Virus record (IMG/VR): IMGVR_UViG_3300020578_000006
Location: 124,001-188,000 of that record
Length of the DNA: 64,000 nt
Reading direction: 5' to 3' (one strand)
Positions 47,279-55,663 of this stretch are shown here, piece by piece. Position numbers and translations under genes: made by a program. The notes beneath the pieces were generated by a model. The model saw only the letters and a list, made by a program, of their open reading frames with translations, did not search any database and had not been told where the DNA came from. Every line of letters begins with the position of its first letter. The first letter of the stretch is position 1.

Positions 47279-48636
47279 AATCTTTTAAACAATTCTTGCT
47301 CAAAGAGCAAATTATAAAAGAAGAGCGTACTTCTTATTTTTCACCACATCTCTCACATTTAGAAGACTTAGCTGTAGAGAACGGTAAAGCAGGATTTAAA
47401 GATTTTCTGACACATGTAAATTTAATTTCTAAAAAGATTCAAGGCTACGAATCAGAGCAAGAAATTAATGCAAAAATAGATGGAAGCCCTGCTATTTTGT
47501 TTGGTATTGATCCAAAAACTAAGACTTTTTTTATATCATTAAAATATGTAGTGGATGAATCTACCGATACAATAAAAGAAAATGCAAAACTCTTTCATAC
47601 ATCAGAAGAGATAGATCAAGCTATGTCGGATAGACCAGATTTTGCATCTAGGCTTAAAAATTTATTAGAGCAGTTAACACCAGCTTATGATAATTCTGGG
47701 TTAATATATCAAGGTGATGTTTTATACGCTAGTCAAGAAGATAAAAAAAGAGTGAAAATAGGTACAGAAGAGTTTATTACTTTTGAACCAAACACTATAA
47801 TGTATGCTATTCCTATGGATGATAAATCAGAACTATTTCATAAAGTATTAAACTCTTCAGTGGGGGTAGTTGTTCATGATAGTTTTAAAGGGGTAGTAGA
47901 TAAAGAATCGGGGATAATAAAACTTGTACCGGCGTCTAAAAACATTGACAGTTTGATTGCTAGTAGTACAAATTCAAAAGCATTCATAAAAGGTAGCAAT
48001 TATCGTACTTTTGCTTTTGATATACCCGATAAATTTTTTGATAATCTTAATACACTTATAGTGGACGCTAGTAAGCATATAAACTCTATTTCTGATGAAT
48101 TTAATAATGAATATGTGTCGCCTGGTAGGGGGGCGCCTTCTAGCCAAATCCTAGATATGTTAAAGCGCTATTTAAATAAGCAACTTGACCTAGAGGACTC
48201 AGGACTGTTTGGGGCAGCAAAGACTAGCGGTAGATTAAACTTTAATGCATTTTACAAGGGGTTTCAACAATATGTTGAGTCGCAGATAACAAAAGGTATA
48301 GAAGGACTTGGACCTAAGGGTCAAGCCCAACGCCAGCAAAGACTTAGTATTGTTCAAAGCTTTTTACAGAACAACGCAGCTAATTTTGAGCATCTATTAA
48401 CAGCTACCTTTGAGATGGTAAAAATTAAGTACCTTATTTTTAATATACTGTCTCAACTAGATACTAAGCTAACACAGCATGCTTTTTACAGACTTCCCGA
48501 TGGCTCGTATGTTAAAACAAAAGATGAAGGCTATGTTTTGTTTGCTGGTAATAATCAAGTAAAGATTGTAGATAGAGTAGATTTTTCTAAGATGAACCGC
48601 TTAGTTGGCGGTAGGCGCAGAACCCTTATTACCTGA
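47275..48636 (+). CDS. Ligase-like covalent nucleotidyltransferase (KxDG; probably DUF6267-type)
   Basis: HLEDL, AKIDGSPA (motif I), YQGD, DEGYVL (motif IV), QVKIVDR (motif V). Confidence 0.62.
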   Translation: MKSFKQFLLKEQIIKEERTSYFSPHLSHLEDLAVENGKAGFKDFLTHVNLISKKIQGYESEQEINAKIDGSPAILFGIDPKTKTFFISLKYVVDESTDTIKENAKLFHTSEEIDQAMSDRPDFASRLKNLLEQLTPAYDNSGLIYQGDVLYASQEDKKRVKIGTEEFITFEPNTIMYAIPMDDKSELFHKVLNSSVGVVVHDSFKGVVDKESGIIKLVPASKNIDSLIASSTNSKAFIKGSNYRTFAFDIPDKFFDNLNTLIVDASKHINSISDEFNNEYVSPGRGAPSSQILDMLKRYLNKQLDLEDSGLFGAAKTSGRLNFNAFYKGFQQYVESQITKGIEGLGPKGQAQRQQRLSIVQSFLQNNAANFEHLLTATFEMVKIKYLIFNILSQLDTKLTQHAFYRLPDGSYVKTKDEGYVLFAGNNQVKIVDRVDFSKMNRLVGGRRRTLIT

Positions 48637-49215
48637 TTCGTTAATAGCATTTAATGCTTCAAGATTAAAAATTGTTTGGCGTAATACAGATTCTAGAACT
48701 TCTTTACCCTCACCGTACAGCATATCTCTTATTTTAGATACTATTTTTAATTCATGTGAATTTTCATCTGCATCAAACTCACCGTCTTTTCTAAATTTGT
48801 TATATTCAAGATAGTTTTTAACACTCTCAATATAGCTTGCAGCTAATGTAATTTTACTGAATACCCAAGGTTCTAAATCTTGATTGTCTTTTAGTAGATT
48901 GTAAAGAGCTTTTGACCCGTTATGAATTTTATATAGTTCGTTCTTTGCCATATCAGCTTCAGATTCACCAGAACCGGTAGAGGGTTCAACAGGGGTAATT
49001 TTTGAAGAATCTTCACAATTTTCACTATTTTTACACTGTAAACAATCTTCACCATCTTCACACCCACAAGATTTTTTATTAAGCTTTATTACTGTTGATG
49101 TGTTATTGGAAGGTACCATATTCGTGGTTTCGGCCGCGGGGCCCAGGTTTAATTCATTAACTACAATCTGGGTATAAGCTTCGGAAATTTTTTCTAATTC
49201 ACCTTTTCTGCTCAT
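48601..49215 (-). CDS. Hypothetical late protein (MSRKGELEKISE) with Cys cluster
   Basis: ORF with late promoter; EADMAKNEL...PWVFSKIT helical segment. Confidence 0.6.
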   Translation of the reverse strand: MSRKGELEKISEAYTQIVVNELNLGPAAETTNMVPSNNTSTVIKLNKKSCGCEDGEDCLQCKNSENCEDSSKITPVEPSTGSGESEADMAKNELYKIHNGSKALYNLLKDNQDLEPWVFSKITLAASYIESVKNYLEYNKFRKDGEFDADENSHELKIVSKIRDMLYGEGKEVLESVLRQTIFNLEALNAINESGNKGSAPTAN

Positions 49216-49221
49216 TTTATA

Positions 49222-49229
49222 TATTTATT
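49222..49229 (-). promoter_or_regulatory. Late promoter AATAAATA
   Basis: 6 nt before ATG 49215. Confidence 0.65.
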
Positions 49230-49231
49230 CA

Positions 49232-49239
49232 AATAAATA
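49232..49239 (+). promoter_or_regulatory. Late promoter AATAAATA
   Basis: 8 nt before ATG 49248. Confidence 0.6.
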
Positions 49240-49247
49240 CATAATAT

Positions 49248-49664
49248 ATGCGTAGTTACAAAGAATTTTTCTATGAACAAATACTAGGGGCTACGGAAGG
49301 TATTACTATTCAACATGTTGGAAACGTTAGAGCCACTGTAGACACTGGTAACAGCGGTTATAATGTACTTCATGCAGAAATAATTGATGGTGCAAAAGAG
49401 GGACATGTAAAATTTAAAACAGTAAACGACAAAGTGTTAGAATTGCCTGTAAAAGAGTTTATAACGGTATCCGGAAATAATAATACCAACGATAGACCAG
49501 TAGTAGAGTTAGACTGTAGCTTGGGCCAAGAACAATTTAATAAAGTTCCTTTCAGCCTTGCGGACAGAAGTCAGCAAGATACCCCTGTTCTCTTAAGTAA
49601 AGATTTTATAAAATTAAATGGCGGTGTTGTTAATGTTAATATTAACAGCGAAATTAAAAAATAA
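49248..49664 (+). CDS. Retropepsin-like aspartic protease (RimB/'ATP-dependent Zn protease' family-like)
   Basis: ATVDTG catalytic motif, RPVVEL, FSLADRS...PVLL; N-terminus MRSYKEFFYE. Confidence 0.75.
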   Translation: MRSYKEFFYEQILGATEGITIQHVGNVRATVDTGNSGYNVLHAEIIDGAKEGHVKFKTVNDKVLELPVKEFITVSGNNNTNDRPVVELDCSLGQEQFNKVPFSLADRSQQDTPVLLSKDFIKLNGGVVNVNINSEIKK

Positions 49665-49950
49665 CATTGCTTACCCCTATACAACTTAAGACATATCTTA
49701 AATTGTATGCGTTAATTTTATCTACCACACACACGGTAGGTGAGTAAACAAATTCACTATCAACCCTCATTCCGATCTCTTCCCCAGGTAACAAAATATC
49801 ATCCACATAGTCCATAGCCCCTCTTCTTTTTAAAAAAGAATAATATGGGTCTTTCGGCTCACCTTCTACAATTACATTATAATGACAAAACTCGTGTGCA
49901 TAAAAGGTAAGATCTCTAAAACAAGAAATACTGGAAGGAGGATTAACCAA
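49654..49950 (-). CDS. Hypothetical protein
   Basis: 98-aa ORF downstream of folE; start uncertain. Confidence 0.45.
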   Translation of the reverse strand: MVNPPSSISCFRDLTFYAHEFCHYNVIVEGEPKDPYYSFLKRRGAMDYVDDILLPGEEIGMRVDSEFVYSPTVCVVDKINAYNLRYVLSCIGVSNVIF

Positions 49951-49991
49951 CTCCCCGCGTATAATTAAATTACACTAATTATTTAGTCAAA

Positions 49992-50648
49992 TTAGATTAA
50001 TTTTCGGTTTTGTGCGAACTCAATAAACTTGTAAAATTCGTTTCTAGAATTATCTTTATCATCTAGAAAAGCACCAGACATTCTTGCGGTACGCATAGTT
50101 GAATCATGTCTAATGCCACGGTTAGAGCAGCATGTGTGAGCGGCCTCAATCATAACAGCTACTCCTTTATTCTTAATACAAACTTCATCAATATACTTGT
50201 GAATTTGCATTGTAAGGTTTTCTTGTACTTGAGGGCGACGAGAAAACCAATCCACAATACGATTTAATTTACTCAATCCAATCACCTTACCGTCCTTTGC
50301 AGGAATATAAGCAACGTGGGCAAACCCCATAAAAGGTGCGTGGTGGTGTGAGCAGAGCGATGTAACTTTAATATTGGTTTGAGATACAATACCATCATAC
50401 TTATCTACATTATCAAACGCGGTAATCTTAGGCGGCTCACTATAACATCCCCAGGCAAAGTCTTCTACAAATGCCTTAGCAACCCTAAAGGGGGTGTTGG
50501 CACTATTTGGATCGTTTCTCCAATCATAACCCAAAGCGTCCATGTATGCTTCATACGCGGCCGCGGCCTTTAGTATAATTTGATTTCTCTCTTCCTCGGA
50601 ATGTGGATGGTTATGATTGGCAAAAGCTAGCTTTTTCTTATTAAACAT
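49992..50648 (-). CDS. folE: GTP cyclohydrolase I FolE
   Basis: TPFRVAK, SLCSHHHAPF, GLSKLNR, RPQVQENLT, HTCCSNRG. Confidence 0.96.
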   Translation of the reverse strand: MFNKKKLAFANHNHPHSEEERNQIILKAAAAYEAYMDALGYDWRNDPNSANTPFRVAKAFVEDFAWGCYSEPPKITAFDNVDKYDGIVSQTNIKVTSLCSHHHAPFMGFAHVAYIPAKDGKVIGLSKLNRIVDWFSRRPQVQENLTMQIHKYIDEVCIKNKGVAVMIEAAHTCCSNRGIRHDSTMRTARMSGAFLDDKDNSRNEFYKFIEFAQNRKLI

Positions 50649-50654
50649 ATTATT

Positions 50655-50681
50655 ATTATATCAATAATGTTAGATAATCAA
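50655..50681 (-). promoter_or_regulatory. Sigma70-type promoter TTGATT-N15-TATAAT (folE)
   Basis: 6 nt before ATG 50648; 15-nt spacer. Confidence 0.6.
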
Positions 50682-50689
50682 GATAAATA
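50682..50689 (+). promoter_or_regulatory. Late promoter GATAAATA
   Basis: 12 nt before ATG 50702. Confidence 0.5.
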
Positions 50690-50701
50690 ATCAAACATTC
50701 T

Positions 50702-52027
50702 ATGTTAAACAAATTAATAGAAAATACCTTTAAGAACACACGTTTAAAGCGAGTTAGGGTAAAGTCTGATCCGTCAATACCGCCTGTGTTTGGATATGAA
50801 AATGTAAGCTGTTTTGAAGGTTATGTACTTGAGGAATGTGGTGAAGGTATGGTGAACGTTTATATTATAAATGCTCCACCAGCAGCAGATCCTATCCAGC
50901 AAGTAAGTGTAGCGCAATTAGAGCCGGTTGAAACAATATCTGCTACTCCTCAAATTTCAGATATAAAAACAGCACTTTTAAGAGCCTTAATCAAAGCAGG
51001 TCATGGAGAAGAGACCCCTGTCTATAATCAGATTAGAAATACTAGTAGTATAGATTTTATAAAAGCTTTTTTAGCCCAAGCCAATATTAGTATAGAGGAT
51101 TTAATGGCAATTAATAATGAAAGCACTCTTCTGCCTTCTCCTTCAGCTGATGAAGATGTAAAAATTAAAAATAAAGCAGAAGATATATTTGGAACCCGCG
51201 AAGGTAAATTTGATAGGTTATTAAAGGCTACGGGTAAAGGTTTAAATCTTTTAACTAAAACAGTAGGTGCAGGTGCAGAGCTGGTCCTAGGAAAGGATAA
51301 TATAGTTGCAAGAGTTAACAGGTTTTTAAAATCTTTTGAAATAGGTGATCTTGTTGATATTAAAAAAGTAACCGATAGGGCTAGAACAAAGGACTATTCA
51401 CATTTACCTTACAATAATGAACCTGTTGTAATAACAGGCTTACCAAAGTTATCTTATCAGAAATATAATGAGGTTAAATACCAATTAATGGGTAGAATAA
51501 AAAATGTAAAGCTTTCCACCGACGGTATAATGTATGTTGTTGGGGATATACAACCAGAGTTAAATAAGATAAAAAAAATATTGTTAGATTTTACCTATCT
51601 TGATAACCCTTCTAAGGTAGGCAAAATTATTTTTGAAGATGTTGAGGGGGCAAGATTTTACAATAGGGGTACTATTGTATATTCTAATAGTGTGTGGTTG
51701 GTCAAGTTAGGTTCTCTAAACATTAACGATAAAACATCGGAGAATAAGAAAGATAATGCTTTCATAGCGGCCTCAATAAATCTTCTTAAAGAATCTTTAG
51801 GCACTAATTATGACGATTTGGCTAGAAGACCAGATTACAGTCTTATAGTAATTGAGGTTGCTATAGAGCTTAAGAAGCATAACCCGGAGACTATGGCGCA
51901 AATTGGAAAGTTTTTTAAGGAATATCTCCCCAAACAAGAAGAATATTTTAAATTATCAACAGATGAAAAGATAAATAGTATTAGAGGTTATTTAAAAAAG
52001 TTTAAGGAAACAACAAATGCCATCTAA
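50702..52027 (+). CDS. Hypothetical late protein (MLNKLIE)
   Basis: 441-aa ORF. Confidence 0.6.
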   Translation: MLNKLIENTFKNTRLKRVRVKSDPSIPPVFGYENVSCFEGYVLEECGEGMVNVYIINAPPAADPIQQVSVAQLEPVETISATPQISDIKTALLRALIKAGHGEETPVYNQIRNTSSIDFIKAFLAQANISIEDLMAINNESTLLPSPSADEDVKIKNKAEDIFGTREGKFDRLLKATGKGLNLLTKTVGAGAELVLGKDNIVARVNRFLKSFEIGDLVDIKKVTDRARTKDYSHLPYNNEPVVITGLPKLSYQKYNEVKYQLMGRIKNVKLSTDGIMYVVGDIQPELNKIKKILLDFTYLDNPSKVGKIIFEDVEGARFYNRGTIVYSNSVWLVKLGSLNINDKTSENKKDNAFIAASINLLKESLGTNYDDLARRPDYSLIVIEVAIELKKHNPETMAQIGKFFKEYLPKQEEYFKLSTDEKINSIRGYLKKFKETTNAI

Positions 52028-52244
52028 AACAGAAAAACAGAAGAGATTTTTTGGTGCCGTTATGGGGGCGAAGAAGGGTCAGTCTAAAGTTTCCGGTAAA
52101 GCAAGAGAAGTTGCCAAAGAAATGCCTAAAAAAGAAATTAAAAAGTACTTAAAAAAAGAAAATTTTGATAATGTGGTTAATCATTTACTAGAGAAATTCT
52201 TTAAAGAAGGTATGACATTAGAAAAGAATTACACCTGTAAATAG
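52017..52244 (+). CDS. Small basic phage protein (MPSKTEKQKRFFG type); possible C-terminal extension past TAG
   Basis: Basic N-terminus; frame stays open for 21 codons after the TAG. Confidence 0.6.
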   Translation: MPSKTEKQKRFFGAVMGAKKGQSKVSGKAREVAKEMPKKEIKKYLKKENFDNVVNHLLEKFFKEGMTLEKNYTCK

Positions 52245-52306
52245 GCTAAAGAAAAGAATTGTGATTGTGATGGTTGTTCAGATTGTATCGAAAATCAGTC
52301 TAGCGC

Positions 52307-52334
52307 TTGATTTATCACTATAAGTTAATATACT
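52307..52334 (+). promoter_or_regulatory. Sigma70-type promoter TTGATT-N16-TATACT (queD)
   Basis: 6 nt before ATG 52341. Confidence 0.78.
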
Positions 52335-52340
52335 ATATAG

Positions 52341-52994
52341 ATGTCATTTCAATTTGAAAGTACAAAAATTATTGATTTAGGTAGTTGTGCGTTTAGACAA
52401 TGGAGAGCTGATAGTCATTGTAAGTTTATTCATGGCTACAGGCTGCAAGCTAAATTCTGGTTTGGTTGTAACAATTTAGACGAAAAGAATTGGGTTGTAG
52501 ATTTTGGAGGTTTAAAGCAATTAAAATTAACTTTAGAGAAACAGTTTGATCACACATTATGCATTGCTGGTGATGATCCTTTATTAGAAGATTTTAAAAA
52601 CCTACATAACAAAGGTGCTGTTGATTTAAGAATTATGCCAACAGGTGTAGGTATAGAGCGTACAGCACAATGGTGTTTTATAAATGCTGACATTATTATA
52701 AGATCCCAGACAAATAATAGATGTTGGGTTGAAAGAGTAGAGGTATGGGAGCATGATAAAAATTCTGCTATTGTAACGCGAGACTATGTTACAGTACCAC
52801 AACATGATCCTTATGTTTCAGAGAAACATAATGCAGAACAATTTGAACTACCTTTTCAACCACAGGCTACCACGGTTGCTGCTCCTGCTCCAGAGATACA
52901 AAACGCAGTTACAAGGAGTAATGCAGCTGCGGTCGGTAATGAAATGTCTACCGGTTGGGGCAATCCATTTGGTGGTACTAGCTGGGGTTCTTAA
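52341..52994 (+). CDS. queD: 6-carboxytetrahydropterin synthase QueD with long C-terminal tail
   Basis: SHCKFIHGY, WVVDFGGLK, FDHT, VEVWEHDKN. Confidence 0.92.
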   Translation: MSFQFESTKIIDLGSCAFRQWRADSHCKFIHGYRLQAKFWFGCNNLDEKNWVVDFGGLKQLKLTLEKQFDHTLCIAGDDPLLEDFKNLHNKGAVDLRIMPTGVGIERTAQWCFINADIIIRSQTNNRCWVERVEVWEHDKNSAIVTRDYVTVPQHDPYVSEKHNAEQFELPFQPQATTVAAPAPEIQNAVTRSNAAAVGNEMSTGWGNPFGGTSWGS

Positions 52995-53715
52995 TAGTCT
53001 TAACTATAGAAACTATAAACTTTAGTAGCTTGCTCCTGGTAATATCGTCTTCGGTAAAGTGAAACGTTTCAATACCATGTTCCTTGCTGTTTTCACAACT
53101 GAAAGCTTTCATAAAACTCTGAAAGCCAGATTTAGGAATATCAGATTGCAAGGAATCACCAATAACAAATAACTTACAACCCTTACCAAATCTAGTTAGA
53201 ATTGTTGTTAATTCATTATGCTCTAGATTTTGTGCCTCATCAACAATTACCACATTGTTGGAAAACGTTGCTCCTCGTAAAAAATTAACAGGTATACATT
53301 TTAAATATTCATTCTCAAAGAGTATATTAGCTATTTGCTTACCCACAAGCTCATCACATTTTTCTACTAATGGTATGCTCCATGGCTTAAACTTATCGTC
53401 TACCTCCCCCGGTAAACTACCTAGTTTTCTAGAAGCTGATTCAACAATACTCCGTATATACACAATTTCATCTGCCTTTCGCTCTTTAAGTAATGTTAAG
53501 GCAACATACACAGCAAGATATGTTTTTGAGCTTCCTGCTGGTCCATCTGCAAAAATGATGTTTGTTTTATCATCAAAAGCCTTCTCTGCAAAAGCTTTGT
53601 GATGTTCATTTAAATGAAACTTTTGATCAATTTTAAAATTTAGAAGAATATCAGACTTAATGAGTTTTTCTTCAAATTTAGCAGCCTTTCTGGCTGCTCT
53701 AGCCATCTTAGACAT
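52978..53715 (-). CDS. phoH: PhoH-family ATPase
   Basis: GPAGSSKT, LGSLPG, FLRGATF, VDEAQN, GDSLQSD, EDDITRS. Confidence 0.95.
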   Translation of the reverse strand: MSKMARAARKAAKFEEKLIKSDILLNFKIDQKFHLNEHHKAFAEKAFDDKTNIIFADGPAGSSKTYLAVYVALTLLKERKADEIVYIRSIVESASRKLGSLPGEVDDKFKPWSIPLVEKCDELVGKQIANILFENEYLKCIPVNFLRGATFSNNVVIVDEAQNLEHNELTTILTRFGKGCKLFVIGDSLQSDIPKSGFQSFMKAFSCENSKEHGIETFHFTEDDITRSKLLKFIVSIVKTIKNPS

Positions 53716-53721
53716 CTGTAT

Positions 53722-53729
53722 TATTTATT
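53722..53729 (-). promoter_or_regulatory. Late promoter AATAAATA (phoH)
   Basis: 6 nt before ATG 53715. Confidence 0.62.
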
Positions 53730-53740
53730 CAAAATCTACA

Positions 53741-53768
53741 TTGATTAATGCAAAGTTAACCTTATAAT
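53741..53768 (+). promoter_or_regulatory. Sigma70-type promoter TTGATT-N16-TATAAT (queE)
   Basis: 6 nt before ATG 53775. Confidence 0.8.
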
Positions 53769-53774
53769 AATACT

Positions 53775-54521
53775 ATGTCTTTAGATACAACAATATTTTT
53801 AAGTGATGATAAGGTTTTTTATACAATAGAAGGGGAAGGCGAATATGTAGGTCACCCATCGGTGTTTATGAGATTATCGATGTGTAATTTAACGTGTAAA
53901 GGGTTTGCTTCTGCTGATTCACCTCACGGGTGCGATAGCTTTATAAGTTGGTCAGTAAAAAATCATTTTAAAATTAAAGACATTTTAGATTTACTGGATA
54001 ATGAGGGGTATACAAAGCATTTACGTGAAGGGGCCATCTGGAAGATTACAGGGGGTGAGCCTCTAATTCAACAGAAAAACCTATTAGAACTGGTTAGAGA
54101 GTTTGCTAAGCGTAATGGGTTTATACCAAAAATAGATTTTGAGACTAATGCAACTATTCAACCTTTAGATGACTGGACAGCATACCGGGTAACATATACA
54201 ACCTCTCCAAAGCTATCTAATAACGGTGACCCAGAAGAAAAGCGCTATAAACCTGCCGTACTTAAATGGCACGTTAGTGCCGGTTCCGGATTCAAATTTG
54301 TAATTAACGAGCAAAAAGACTTAGACGAAGTATATGAGAAGTATATCAACCACCCAGATATATTGTTGCCAAGACATAGAGTATGGTTAATGCCGTGTTG
54401 TGGTAGTAGGCAAGAGCATACAGAAAAAGCTTCTATGGTAGCAGAATTATGTAAAACACATGATATGAAATTTAGTCCAAGGTTGCAGCTAGTAATTTGG
54501 GATAAAGCATTAAAAGTATAG
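53775..54521 (+). CDS. queE: 7-carboxy-7-deazaguanine synthase QueE (radical SAM)
   Basis: FYTIEGEG, RLSMCNLTC...CD, ITGGEPL, FETNAT, TSPKL, SPRLQ. Confidence 0.94.
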   Translation: MSLDTTIFLSDDKVFYTIEGEGEYVGHPSVFMRLSMCNLTCKGFASADSPHGCDSFISWSVKNHFKIKDILDLLDNEGYTKHLREGAIWKITGGEPLIQQKNLLELVREFAKRNGFIPKIDFETNATIQPLDDWTAYRVTYTTSPKLSNNGDPEEKRYKPAVLKWHVSAGSGFKFVINEQKDLDEVYEKYINHPDILLPRHRVWLMPCCGSRQEHTEKASMVAELCKTHDMKFSPRLQLVIWDKALKV

Positions 54522-54549
54522 TTGATTTTTTATACTCTTTATTTAAATT
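54522..54549 (+). promoter_or_regulatory. Sigma70-type promoter TTGATT-N16-TAAATT
   Basis: 5 nt before ATG 54555. Confidence 0.6.
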
Positions 54550-54554
54550 AACTT

Positions 54555-54752
54555 ATGAACGTAAACATCGATGTAACTATTTCTGGTGAAAATGGTGGTG
54601 ATGAATCATTTAGAGTACTATTAAATCAGGATGAACTTACCAATATTATTAAAACTGAAGGTCTAGAAGCTGGTAATAAGGCATTAGATACTTTTGTAGA
54701 TAAGTTTGTATTGCAGTTTAAGTCTAAGCTTGCTTCTGTTATCAATCGCTAA
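54555..54752 (+). CDS. Small hypothetical protein
   Basis: 65-aa ORF with promoter. Confidence 0.55.
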   Translation: MNVNIDVTISGENGGDESFRVLLNQDELTNIIKTEGLEAGNKALDTFVDKFVLQFKSKLASVINR

Positions 54753-54756
54753 TTAT

Positions 54757-54764
54757 AATAAATA
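54757..54764 (+). promoter_or_regulatory. Late promoter AATAAATA
   Basis: 4 nt before GTG 54769. Confidence 0.62.
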
Positions 54765-54768
54765 ATTG

Positions 54769-55638
54769 GTGATTCTTAATAAGTTTGATAAGAAAGCAAA
54801 CGAAATTTTACAAATTTTACAAGAGAACCCTGCGGCCGCAGCGGTTGCTATACCCGCATTAACTAAAGTGGCCCCGTGGGTAGCAGGTCTTTTTTCTGTA
54901 TTAGTAGGAACCCTGGTCGGTGTGGGGGGTGGTGCTTGGGCGCCTCCATTACCGACTCCAACAGAAACAGATGTAAAACCTGAAATAGATAAAAATAAGC
55001 CTAAAACATATCCACCCTTAGTTCCTCCAATACCTTCAACTAATGCACCAGATGTAGTTGGTGGTAGTACCCCTGGGGTTTCTCCAGCACCAGATGTAGT
55101 CGGGGGTACGCCTGAAATTTCTGCACCGGCGCCAGCAGGTGTAAAAACACCTGATGCAGCACAACCAGTACCAGTAGATCAAGCAGTGCCAGTAGATCAA
55201 GCAGTTCCTGTTGATCGATCAATTACTAATACTGCACAAAATGTTGGTGCTAAAGAAAAAGAAATTGCTGTAGCCAAAGATGCTGTACAAGATAAAACGG
55301 CTGGTCAAGCACCTATCGTAGCCCCACCACCACAATTAAAATTTTCTAAAACAGGCAATTTTAAATTAGAACGTCCAGAAGAAGGGTTTCCTAACTACCA
55401 ATCACTAACACCTTATGCTATGGGACAATCCTATACTGACAACTCTAATCTATCACCTAATAGTGTGTGGAAGCAAGTTATGAAAGGTAAGCAGCCCATA
55501 GAAGAGCTTCCCGCTGATATGCAGTCCCCTGAAGAAGTGGCCCAAAGATTTAAGAAGTGGAAAGCAGATCAAAAGAAAAGAAAATACGAGGCCCCTGGTG
55601 CTTTTGGTGGTTTAGTCGGGGAACCCAATCTAGATTAA
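54769..55638 (+). CDS. Pro-rich late protein with N-terminal hydrophobic segment
   Basis: VAPWVAGLFSVLVGTLVGVGGG segment; APDVVGG and VPVDQA repeats. Confidence 0.6.
   Translation: MILNKFDKKANEILQILQENPAAAAVAIPALTKVAPWVAGLFSVLVGTLVGVGGGAWAPPLPTPTETDVKPEIDKNKPKTYPPLVPPIPSTNAPDVVGGSTPGVSPAPDVVGGTPEISAPAPAGVKTPDAAQPVPVDQAVPVDQAVPVDRSITNTAQNVGAKEKEIAVAKDAVQDKTAGQAPIVAPPPQLKFSKTGNFKLERPEEGFPNYQSLTPYAMGQSYTDNSNLSPNSVWKQVMKGKQPIEELPADMQSPEEVAQRFKKWKADQKKRKYEAPGAFGGLVGEPNLD
55171..55205 (+). repeat. Tandem 18-nt repeat (PVDQAV)
   Basis: ccagtagatcaagcagt at 55171 and 55189, followed by a degenerate third copy. Confidence 0.8.
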
Positions 55639-55658
55639 TTACAATTATATTATAAAAT
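55631..55658 (+). promoter_or_regulatory. Sigma70-type promoter TAGATT-N16-TAAAAT
   Basis: 5 nt before ATG 55664. Confidence 0.6.
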
Positions 55659-55663
55659 AAGAT

